Below are positions 25,111-36,519 of a DNA stretch of 64,000 nt, piece after piece. The stretch is from Octopus sinensis (taxonomy: Eukaryota). Numbering within the stretch: position 1 is the stretch's first letter; each line of letters opens with the position of its first letter. The notes beneath the pieces are model-generated. The model was not told where the DNA came from and ran no database searches. It was given only the letters and a program-made list of their open reading frames with translations. The position numbers and the translations under genes are program-made. The stretch is from NCBI RefSeq assembly GCF_006345805.1, contig NC_043006.1:38440001-38504000 (forward strand), in the 5' to 3' direction.

Positions 25111-25529
25111 AAAGAGTCAATTAAAAATAAATGCCAGTTGAGAACAGGGATTCATAAAACTGACTCACTCCCTATTCCTGAAATTGCTGGCCTTGTGCCA
25201 AAATTTGAAATCCATATTTTTCAGCAGATTAGGGTGGTGAGCTGGCAGAATTGTTAGCACAATGGGTAAAGTGCTCAACGGCATTTCATCTGTATATCCT
25301 GAGTTCAAATTCCATTAAGGCTGACTTTACCTTCCATCTTTTGATGTCACCATTATCATCATTTAATGTCTGTTGTCCATGTTGGCATAGGTTGGACAGT
25401 TTGACCAGAGCTGGCAAGCTGAGGAGCTGCACCCAGCTCCAGTCCAATTTGTCATGGTTTCTATGGCTGGATGCCCTTCCTAATGGCAACTACTTTACAG
25501 GGTGAGCTGGGGGATTTTACATAGCACCA

Positions 25530-26240
25530 CACAAGCACTTTTACGTGACACTGCACAGGCACTTTTACGTGACACTGCACAGGCACTTTTACGTGACACT
25601 GCACAGGCACTTTTACGTGACACTGCACAGGCACTTTTACGTGACACTGCACAGGCACTTTTACGTGACACTGCACAGGCACTTTTACGTGACACTGCAC
25701 AGGCACTTTTATGTGACACTGCACAGGCACTTTAACGTGACCCTGCACTGGAACTTTTACGTGACGCTGCACAGGCACTTTATGTGACATCGCACAGGTA
25801 CTTTTACATGACACAGCGCAGGAACTTTTATGTGACACTGTACAGGCACTTTTACGTGACACTGCACAGGCACTTTTACGTGACACTGCACAGGCACTTT
25901 TACGTGATATTGCACAGGGACTTTTACGTGACACTGCACAGTCATTTTTAAGTGACACCACACAGGCACTTTTATGTGACACCACGCAGGCACTTTTACG
26001 TGATACCGCACAGGCACTTTTACATGACACCACACAGGCACTTTTACGTGACACCGCACAGGCACTTTTACGTGACACCGCGGACACTTTTACGTGACAC
26101 TGCACAGGCACTTTTAATTGACACCGCACAGGCACTTTTACCTGACACCGCACTGGCACCTTAACGTGACACTGCACAGGCACTTTACATGGCACCACAC
26201 AAGCACTTTTACACAACATTGCACAGGCACTTTTACGTGA
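25530..26240. repeat. 24-bp minisatellite, about 29 units (acttttacgtgacactgcacaggc)
   Basis: Perfect units at 25537-25700, more degenerate to the right; grows out of a family-D SINE copy (25350-25530). Confidence 0.95.
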
Positions 26241-27127
26241 CACTTCTACAAGTGCTTTGAACCACCAAAAGAATCGGTCTTAACACTTTGATAAAATAAA
26301 TGCTAGTTGAGCCCTGGAATCAATGTAACCAACTCACCCCCTTCTACCTGAACTGCTGGCCTTGTGTGAAAATTCAAAACAAACAAGTTTCGGAAGATTC
26401 AGATGTAAATACGCTAATCACTGTTGTGTTTGTCACAGGAAGAGAACAACTTCTCTTTCACAACAAACATGTGTTCATAACACACTCAATTCATTAGTAC
26501 AAGGAATTCTGGAGCATTCAGTGTTTCAACATCATTGTAGATTAAAAAAACAAACAAAAACAAAAGTCTTGTTGACAACTTTTATTTATTTATTACAGTC
26601 TTTCATTACATAAAGATTTCATTACATAGAGAGATATTTATTACATGGAGAATGTTATTACACAAAGACTATCATTACATAGTCTTTCATTACATAAATA
26701 CTTCATTACAGTGTTATTTATTACAAAGTCTTCTTTATATTACAAGGAAAAAAAAAAAAAAACCAGAAGAGACAGCGAGAGAATTTTATGTCATAGTCTT
26801 TTTTATTAGTACAAGAACTTCTATTACGTGTAGTTGTTCGTTATTTAGATTCTTTCATGATAAATTCAAGTAACTTAAAAAGAAAAAAAAACCCCAGAAG
26901 ATTATTACATGAAAAGAAATATGAAAATGGAAACAAATAAAAAAAATATAAATAAAAAATTTTCCTAAATGAGTACACAAGTATGTTTGTCTGCATGTAC
27001 GTGTTTTGGTGTGTGTATATGCGTATAAGGTTGTGTTTGTAGGTAAAGCAGTGTATATATATATATATGTGTATATATGTGTGTATATATATATGTGTGT
27101 ATATATATATGTGTGTATATATGTATG

Positions 27128-27161
<34 letters not shown>

Positions 27162-27524
27162 AAGGTAATAACGACCATGTATGAATAAATATTTTCATAC
27201 ATATCATGCATGTATATACACATATATAAATATGTATATATTCGTGTGTGTGTGTGTGTGCATGTGTGTGTGCGTATGTATGCATATGTGCATGTGTGTA
27301 CATGTGTGAGTGCATGTGTGTGTGTGAGTGTATTCATGCACATGTGTGTGTGTATTCATGCATGTGTATGTGTATATAATGTTTGTGTGTCAATGTGCAA
27401 GTATAGTTTTATTATACGTACATGTAAATACATGTGTGTATGTTGTATATACATACATATATTTATATGTAAAGGAAACCAACATAAAAAAAATAGTGTC
27501 TCTATGTATGTATGTGTGCGTGTG

Positions 27525-27574
<50 letters not shown>

Positions 27575-28340
27575 TACATATATCTTTACACGTCTATGTA
27601 TATGTGTATGTCTGCAGAAGTATGTCCGTGTGTGTTTGTATGGTGTACATATATTCGTGTAGAAGTTACCGTTATTGGTGAAACTGGTAAATATTTGGCT
27701 CCTTAACAACTAAGATTTCTGACAAAAAAAAAACTTTGACCATTCCTTTACCCCACCTCCCTTCCCCCACACAATTGTTCCTTATTAGATAGCTCTTTGT
27801 TTATCAGATGTTGAATAACAAAACAAAAAAGAACCAAAATATTTTGCTATATTTTTTTCAATAATAAAATAATATATTAAAAAAACCCAGAAAAACACAA
27901 CCAAAATAGAAAGGAAATGTTCCAGTAAGTAAATATAGTTTAATTACTTTATTATTATCATTATTACTTTTATTACTACTACTACTACTGTTCATTTTAA
28001 TTCTGGGGAATGGGGAATAACGGCTTTTTATTTTCACATTAAAATGCTGTGTTTTATCATTTTAATCAGAGTAGTTCATCTCACCTCTCAGATAATACAA
28101 CTAAACATACATGTATGTACATACATATCTTCATACACACACACACACACATACATATACACACATACTTATGTTATGTATAGGTATGCATGCATTTATC
28201 TATATGTAAGTATATAAATATATATATACACATACATACACACGCACGCACATGCACACACACGTATATGTGCATATATATATGTATATACAAATTCATG
28301 TGTGTATATATATATTCATATATATATATTTGTGTGTATA

Positions 28341-28373
<33 letters not shown>

Positions 28374-28387
28374 TCATAGGTGTGTGT

Positions 28388-28440
<53 letters not shown>

Positions 28441-28574
28441 CAAACATACACACACGTGTTTATATATATATATACATGCATTTGATATAAATTTATATAA
28501 ATAAGGATAAGAGCGTTATTTAAAATAGCGATCCTATCAAGTGGCCAGTATGGGAATAAAACCCTCAAAGGTAA

Positions 28575-28732
28575 TAATTATTATTAAAATTAAGGATATC
28601 TGAGATACCATCATGCTAGACATAGCAGCCAAAACTTGACTCTAAAACCACATGTGGTTTTAGAGTCAAGTTTTGGCTGCTATATCGAGCGTGGTGTTAT
28701 CTCTTAGATACCCTCAATTATAATTTTAATAA

Positions 28733-28739
<7 letters not shown>
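28575..28739. repeat. Long palindrome: 62-bp perfect, zero-loop core with imperfect arms to about 165 bp
   Basis: 28622-28652 atagcagccaaaacttgactctaaaaccaca is the exact reverse complement of 28653-28683. Confidence 0.95.
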
Positions 28740-28769
<30 letters not shown>

Positions 28770-29266
28770 CCACACACATATATATATAATTGTGTTTATA
28801 TATACCTACATGCATACAAACATTCACAGATTCATTCATTAAAAAATACACATGCATATCTTCATTAAATCACAGAATCCCTCACTGTCTACCATGTGCA
28901 TCTCATTCAACATTCTCGACCTTTTTCTCTCAAATGATAAAAATGTTCTTTGAATCCATTTCCTTATTTGTCTCTAATATTCTTTGTAGATTAAACCATA
29001 TTTGTTAAGCAATACAATTAAGATTTGGAGGAAAGAAAAGTAAATCAGTTCTATGTGATATCATTCCGATATCACTCCAGCACCAAATTCTACTAAAATA
29101 GTTTCAGACAGACAATTGCAATATTACAGTAATTTCATACAGTATACACACAAGAGTGGTCTAATCATATATATATACATACACACACACACACATATAT
29201 ATAACAATATCTGAATAGACTCTAAAGAGACTGGAGTTGGTGTACGTCGGCAAGACTTATACTGTG

Positions 29267-29318
<52 letters not shown>

Positions 29319-29329
29319 CATATACATAA

Positions 29330-29364
<35 letters not shown>

Positions 29365-30063
29365 GTGTATGTGTACATATATATATAGATATGTGTGTAT
29401 ATATGTGTACGTATACATATATATATGTGTGTGTATATATATGTGTATGTATGTATGTATGTGTGTGTATATGTAAATGTGTGTGTATATGTGTATATAT
29501 ATATGTGTGTGTGTGTATATATGTATATGTGTGTGTATATGTATATATATATATATGTGTATGTATAAATGTATGTGTGTTTGTATATATATATATATAT
29601 AAATACACACACGCACAAACATATATAAAATGTCCATACATTTGTATGTTGGTATATAAGTGCATATATATATATATATATATATAATAAGCTAAGATAT
29701 GTTGTATGAACATTATTGATCAGCTTGGAATTAAAATAAGAAGTAAAAAAATTGTAAGAAACTCTTCAGTTGGCAGAGGTTCTTGATTTAACTGTGCTTG
29801 ACAATTTTGTTTTAATTTTGCATTCAGAAAATCATTTACAATTTATTTACTGATTGATATAATAATGAACACACACAAATACAAGCATGCACTCATATAC
29901 ACGTGTGTTTGTGTATATGTGTACAGAAATAGAATAATAAATTAAATAAAATAATGAAGAAAGCTCCTAAAAATGAAGAAATGAAAGTTTAAATAATCAT
30001 AATATTTGAGGGTCAAAAGCCTGTCTTCAGAAGGTTAGTCTACAGAAACACATTTCTTTGTAT

Positions 30064-30101
30064 CCTTCTGAAGATGGGCAGTGGTGCCCAAAATATAAAG
30101 G
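30064..30101 (+). ncRNA. Minimal hammerhead motif, family 4 (one core substitution)
   Basis: cctt CTGAAGA t gggca-gtgg-tgccc AAA ATAT A aagg. Stem I cctt/aagg, 5-bp stem II, palindromic ATAT stem III; only G12>A. Confidence 0.55.
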
Positions 30102-31644
30102 TTTTTAAACTTTGATTTCTGCATTGTTAGCAGCTTTCCTCATTTCTCATCTCATTTATTATTCTATTTATTTATGTATGTATTTTATATGTATGTATAT
30201 TACATGTGTGTGTCTATGTAACTTGATCACTAAGTAACATATAGTCATATATATACTCATATATATATATATATCATATATACTCACATATATATATTCA
30301 TATATATACTCACACATATATATATTCATATATATACTCACACATATATATATTCATATATATACCCATATATACTCACATATATATATATATATTCATA
30401 TATATACAGGCATATATTTACACAAATATATATATATATATATATATACATATAAACAGGCACACATATATGTATATATATATACACACACACATACAAT
30501 CGTATATACTTGTATACATCTACATAAACACACACATTTTATATTCAGATGCATAGTTACATAAATTACTGGAGTCAAGAATTTCATGTAACACACAATT
30601 ATATCGACTTTTCAGTCACTTGTGCAGCCAAATATAGAATGCATCTGCTTTTATTTATTGACTTCTGTTCCTCCTGCATCTTCCAACGAACTTATACATG
30701 TATACACACACACACACACATATTTTCATTATAAATATATTCAGTACAGTGTGTTTATGAAGTTACACTAGACAGCACAACATGGACAATTTCATTAAAA
30801 CAACACACACACACACACATATAGTAGTTTCAAATTTCGGCACAAGGCCAGCAATTTTGGAGAGGGGTTAAGTCCATTACATCAAAACCCCAGCGTTCAA
30901 CTGGTGCTTGTTCTATCAACCCCGCCAAAGGGATGAAAGGCAAAGTCAACCTAGGCAGAATTTGAACTCAGAATGTTAGGACAGACAAAATGTCGCAAAG
31001 CATTTTCCCAACATGTTAACAATTCTGTGAGTTCACCACCTTAACACATCTACATACGTTACAGATACAGACACATATACACAATACAAAAACATGCACA
31101 TATATATATATATATCAAAGCCAAATAAAATAAAATAATCCAGATTCACAAAAGAAATCAGCAATGGAATCGGTACATAGCTGATATGAATCTTTGATTT
31201 ATTAATATAATTCATTAATAAAAAAATTTTATCTAAATAAAAAAAAACAATTTTTAAAAAATTTTTTAATTTCATTTTTTATTATTTTTTTCGTCATTTT
31301 TATATCTTTCGATTTAATCTTTCATAAATATAGCTCACTTTAAATTGTTCTAGAATATTCAGTTGACCATTCTTTAATCTTTCATTTATATTTAATCATA
31401 TATTTTTTTTTAGATTACGTTGGTGGTGGGTGTTATTTTCTTTTTTTTTTTTAAATATTTAACTGTTGTCTTTCCATACAACAGAAACTATACTATATAA
31501 GATGAAATATATATATCCGTGTATATATATATATGCAAGCTGACTGATGTCTGATGTAATATGGTATTGTTTTTTTTTTTTTTTTTTTTTTAAATTGATT
31601 TTACAGGATGATCAAATTTGTAGCATGTAAAATAATTGTTCCCT

Positions 31645-31793
31645 TTAAGAACACTGCCAAACATTCTGTCCAACATCAGCTTGCTCTACCAAGTCGACTT
31701 TCAGGTCAGTTCCCAGCGTGAAGTCAGTGAGGCAGCCATGGAAACCAGAAGTGAACCTCCGCCTTGTATGGTGTACAATATCAGGCATCCCTC
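31645..31793 (-). CDS. EGFLAM-like: Pikachurin/EGFLAM-like last coding exon (stop TAA)
   Basis: cctacag|GA GGG...TAA; 149 nt; GGMPDIVHHTRRRFTSGFHGCLTDFTLGTDLKVDLVEQADVGQNVWQCS*. This C-terminal pattern is closer to pikachurin than to agrin, from recalled sequences. Preceded by a 10.2-kb intron. Confidence 0.92.
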
Positions 31794-33049
31794 CTGTAGG
31801 TAAAAAAAAAAAAGACAGATTAGTTGTGGTTGCGAATAGGGAGGGGTGCTAGGTGAAGATAAGGAGTAAAAAGTTGCAAATTATGGTTGTATATGTGTGT
31901 ATACATATACACTCATATATATATATATACATACAGTAGTGTAGCTAGAACGAGTGTCACCCAAGGTGGCCCTTCAGTTTGCTGCCCCCACAAAAAATAA
32001 ATTCCCTTCAGCAGATCCAAAAGTGGTGCCGCCGCCATAAAAGTGCCACCTGGAGCAGACTGCTCCCTCTGTCTCCACCTCTAGGTATGCAAGTGTATGC
32101 ATGTATTTATTAGCGATGGAAGCGGTATTAGTTCAAAATGGCAGTCCATATATCTTCTCTTCTCAAAGCGTTGTTTTTGTTACGTTTTCGTAACTTAAAA
32201 GCTCGACATAAGTGATTGATAGAATAAGTACCAGGCTTTAAAGATATATATAACTAATGGGATCAATTTCAAAGTGGTGCCACGGCGTGGCTGCACTCGA
32301 GCGACAAACAAGTAAAATGTTAAAACGATGTGTGTGTAAATATCAATCAGTGCTTTCTCTGTAGATTTTAGCTATAGACAGAGTGGTCTCCCTTGACAAG
32401 AGAGTAATCTAGGTGTTCAAAGTTACCTCCCTTATTTAACACCCGTAAAATTAATTCTCATTATGTTACGCATGAATACACACACATTCTGTGATATCAA
32501 TATACATATATGTACACATACTAAACACATATAGCTATTTCCGTGAAGGCTACGTATATATATGTAAATACACACACACACACATACCTGCGTACATATA
32601 ATCAATTAACCTTTTTGCTTGTTGGAATGTGTTTAATTGAAATCTTGCATGCTGCACAAGGTTCCAGTCTGATTTGGAATGGTTTCTACAGCTGGACGCC
32701 TTCGCCAATCACTCCAAGAGTGTAGTGGGGGCTTCATACATGCCACCAGCATGGTGCCAGTTACAAAACCCCTGCACCAGCCATGACTATGGACTTACTT
32801 GGCAAGGCAAGGTTCTCTGCAGCACGGTTGGGGTTATATATAAACAATGACAGGGTTCTTTCAGCTTCCATCTACCAAAACCCACTCACAAAGCTTTGGT
32901 TGACATGTCACTTATATCATAAGACATTTGCCGAAGGTACCAAACAGAGTGGTTGAACCTGGAACCATTCAGTTGGGAAGCAATCTTTGTCGTACACAGT
33001 TATGCCTGAACCCTATATGTCTTTTTTATTTTATTCTTGAATGTAAGAA

Positions 33050-35680
33050 TGCAGCAAAAATCAACCCACAGAAGAGAAGAGTGCTATGCAGGGAAAACCA
33101 AGATGTACCATCTCTAACGCCAAATTCCATAACAACTATGCATCTTACATCTATCGTCCCCCAAGTTACCATCGGGACACACAGCTTTGCAATGTCCTCC
33201 GAGCTGCTGCCAGGAAAACAGCCACTTATGTGTTTATTGCAGGCGATTTCAATCATCCTGAGATCGATTGGGAGACCTTCCATTGGCCACAGAGTGCAAA
33301 CGATTTTGTTGAGCTTGTGCTGGACTCAAACTGGTCACAAGTAGTCACCTCTCCAACAAGAGGTGACAACACCTTGGACCTGCTCTTCACCACAACTCCT
33401 GAAGCGGTTATCAATTGCACTACGGAGGAACCTCTAGGTGACTCTGATCATGCTATGATCATCGCCAATCTGGCTCTTGCAGGCAACAAAAACCTGAACC
33501 ATCTCCAATCTGCTTCCTTCGATTGGAAGAGAGCAGATTGGAACCTGTACCACACTGAACTACAGCACCCAAACTGGCGTGAATTCTACAACTCTGGAGA
33601 TGTGAATACTATACTCCAGAGTATCCTGGACTCAATATGGGCAGCATGTGCAGCATCAGTGCCACGTAAACAAAAAAAGAAGAACCGCCCCAAAAGGGCA
33701 ATTTGGGAAACTTCAGCGGTCCGACTTGCCAGGAGGGAACGTCGGACTGCTGAACAGGAATACAGGTTGCATAAATCAGACACCAACAGGAAGAAGCGGA
33801 ATAAATCCTCCAACCATCTCAAGCAAGTAACAAAAAAAGCAGTGCTTGAATTTGAACAGTGCATAGCAGCCAATCCTGACAGTAAGGTTTTCTGGAAATA
33901 TGTGCACTCAAAGCAGAGACCTCACTCTCCAGTGGGCCCTCTTCGCAACCCTCACACAAACCAGATCACTGACGACCCCAAGGAATGCGCAGAACTCATT
34001 GCCGAGTGCTATGCAAACATATTCACTGTTGAAAGTCAAGATGTACCATCTTCACCATCACTAACAGCAAACTTCATAACAACTATGGAATTTACACCTG
34101 CAATGCTGCAACGTCACCTTCAAAATAAGCGCAACTATGCCTCCCCTGGTCTCGATGGAGTTACATACCTGCTTCTCAAACGTGGCAGGCACTTCCTTTT
34201 ACACCAGCTTTCTATTTTCTTCCAGTACTGTCTCAACAATGGTGCTACTCCGGAGCAGTGGAAAACTGCCAGTGTCATTCCTCTGTTCAAAAAGGGCGAC
34301 CGCACATCACCTGTCAACTATCGCCCAGTCAGTCTCACTAGCTGTATTGCAAAACTGATGGAATCGTGTGTCAGAGAAACACTCTGGAACTTCTGGAGCT
34401 CTCACAGTCTCATCCGACCCTCACAATATGGATTTGTCCCTAACTCCAGCTGCAGTGACCAGCTTGTCGAGTTCCTTGAGGACATTACTCAGATTACTGA
34501 CAGTGGCTCATGGGTGGATGTTGTCTACCTTGACTTTGCTAAGGCTTTCAACTCTATGCCACACAAAAGGCTTATGGTGAAACTCTCTGCAATGGGTGTG
34601 GGGGATGACCTTTTTAACTGGTTGAAATCCTTCATCCTCAGCCGAAAGGAGGTTGTCACAGTTCTAGGACAGCACTCTACACCATATGAGATGTCATCGG
34701 GTGTACCACAGGGATCTGTCCTTGGTCCCCTCTTGTTTGTGGCATACATTAACGACATAGATGCCAATTTAAAGAATGCCACAGTATTGAAATATGCAGA
34801 CGACATCAAGCTGTACCTTGAAATCAAGAGGACAGATCCTGATGTCTACAACTCTTTCCTGCAATCAGACCTAGACACAATGCAGCAATGGATCACAGAC
34901 TGGCAACTGAAACTGGCTGTGGACAAGTGTACCACCATGCATTTTGGGAGAAAAAACCCTGCGTTCACATACTCCTCCACAACACTGATATCAAGAAATC
35001 CTCTTGCGAGCGTGACCTAGGCATCACTGTCAGCAGTGATTTGCGTTGGACAAAGCATATCTCTAAGATTGTCAGGAAGGCCGAGGGTGTCTTGGCATCA
35101 CTCAGCAGGTCTTTTGTTAGCCGCTCTCCAGCCATCTATTTAAAACTGTATACAGCTATGGTACGACCACACTTGGAATTTGCATCATCAGTTTGGAACC
35201 CCTATCTTGCACAGAACATTGACCTCCTGGAATCTGTCCAGAGACGTGCAACCAAACGCATACCCTCCATCAGACACCTACCATATTCTGAGCGCCTTGT
35301 TTCCCTGGGCATGGATTCACTGAAGCTCCGGCGTCTGGCGACGGACTTGGTAAGCACCCACAAAGTTATCAACCACCTCACCAACAACAACACTGAACAC
35401 CTTTTTGATCTCCATGTGTCTAACACACGTGGACATGCCTACAAAGTCAGAAAACAATACAGCTCTCATGACTTTCGGAACATTTTTTCACGCTCAGAGT
35501 TGCTGAAGCATGGAATAAACTGCCTGCGTCAGTTGTTGACTGCCATGACACTGCATCTTTTAAGGCCCTCATGCTTTCCGAATCCACCGAAACTACACCT
35601 GATTATATATACACTTTAGATGAGTTGTAGTGCACCTGAGCACTGTACACAATTATTATTATTATTATTATTATTATTAT
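33050..35680 (+). mobile_element. 5'-truncated CR1-group non-LTR retrotransposon (partial APE endonuclease plus reverse transcriptase), antisense in the last EGFLAM-like intron
   Basis: ORF 33086-35020: APE motifs YRPP, AGDFNHPEIDW, TRGDNTLDLLF, DSDH; RT motifs YRPVSLTS, QYGF, YLDFAKAF, GVPQGSVLGPLLF, YADD. Continues in a second frame (CERDLGI...RPHLEFASSVWNP...VQRRATK) after a frameshift near 34970; a second frameshift occurs near 35478. 3' tail is (ATT)n at about 35652-35680. Confidence 0.93.
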
Positions 35681-36232
35681 TTAATACTGTGACATCACCT
35701 TAAGAATAAGTGCAACCATTCTCCTGGTCTTGGTGGTGCTACATAATACGCTTGGAGGAAAAGACAACTGGCAGGGGACTTAGGGGTAGACCTCGAAAGA
35801 GATGGCTGTATGATATCCATACTATCAATTGGTCATCCTTGAGAATCTAACAAGGAAACAATGGTGGTTGCTTCTGATAGGACCCTATAGAGAAAGTGCC
35901 TGAGGACTCTGCTTCCAGAAATTGCAAGGGGAGAAAATGAATGTAGGATTATATATCACAGTGATAGTACTGGTGCCATGTAAAAGTGTTGGTGATGGTG
36001 CTGTGTAAAAAAAAAGTACCTGTAAAGTGGTGACATTAGGAAAGGAATGCAGTTGTAAAACCCTTGCCAAAACTGATAATGGAATCTGGTATGATTTCCA
36101 GACTTACCAGCTCCTGTCAAGCCATGCGACCCATACCCACATAGAAAACAGATGTTAAGCGATAATGATGATAATGCTGATATACCGGCATATATATATA
36201 TATATATATATATCACGTCACGTGATCACGTG

Positions 36233-36263
<31 letters not shown>

Positions 36264-36344
36264 TTTCAAAATGTGACCGCGTGTGTACCATTGGGGATTT
36301 TTTTTTTTCCTCTGTCTTCCCTTCTCTGGATCTTTCCTTCTCCT

Positions 36345-36379
36345 GTTTCCGACGAAGAGCTCCGCTCAAAACGTTAAAC
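36345..36379 (+). ncRNA. Minimal hammerhead motif, family 2, second copy (repeat about 36215-36460)
   Basis: gttt CCGACGA a gagc-tcc-gctc AAA ACGT T aaac; lesions differ from those of the 11499 copy. Confidence 0.55.
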
Positions 36380-36466
36380 CCTCCTTCTTTCCTGAGCGTC
36401 CAATAATACTATATTTGTTCCACGTCCTCACGTTGTTGTTTTTTTGTGCTTTCTTATTTGGATTAA

Positions 36467-36519
<53 letters not shown>

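Larger units (their letters stand above)
26990..30530. repeat. Compound (TA)n/(TG)n/(CA)n microsatellite field
   Basis: Near-continuous dinucleotide tracts; source of the many YI/VC/HT pseudo-ORFs. Confidence 0.95.

Noticed and set aside
25461-26243. 260-aa ORF and CRISPR-like appearance of the 24-bp array
   Set aside because: Head-to-tail units with no unique spacers, no cas genes and a eukaryotic context; the ORF is a 3n-period artefact.
26841-30734. Many YI/VC/HT-rich ORFs (also at 46693-47141, 55721-56116, 58581-59326)
   Set aside because: Translations of dinucleotide microsatellites.
31934-32096. Possible MITE (cagtagtgtagctag...ctaggtatgcaagtg); also a similar candidate at 21358-21541
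   Set aside because: TIRs are too degenerate and no TSD was found.
35681-35707. Target-site duplication for the LINE (taagaat at 33044 and 35701)
   Set aside because: The 3' copy is about 20 nt beyond the (ATT)n tail; a 7-bp AT-rich match is expected by chance.
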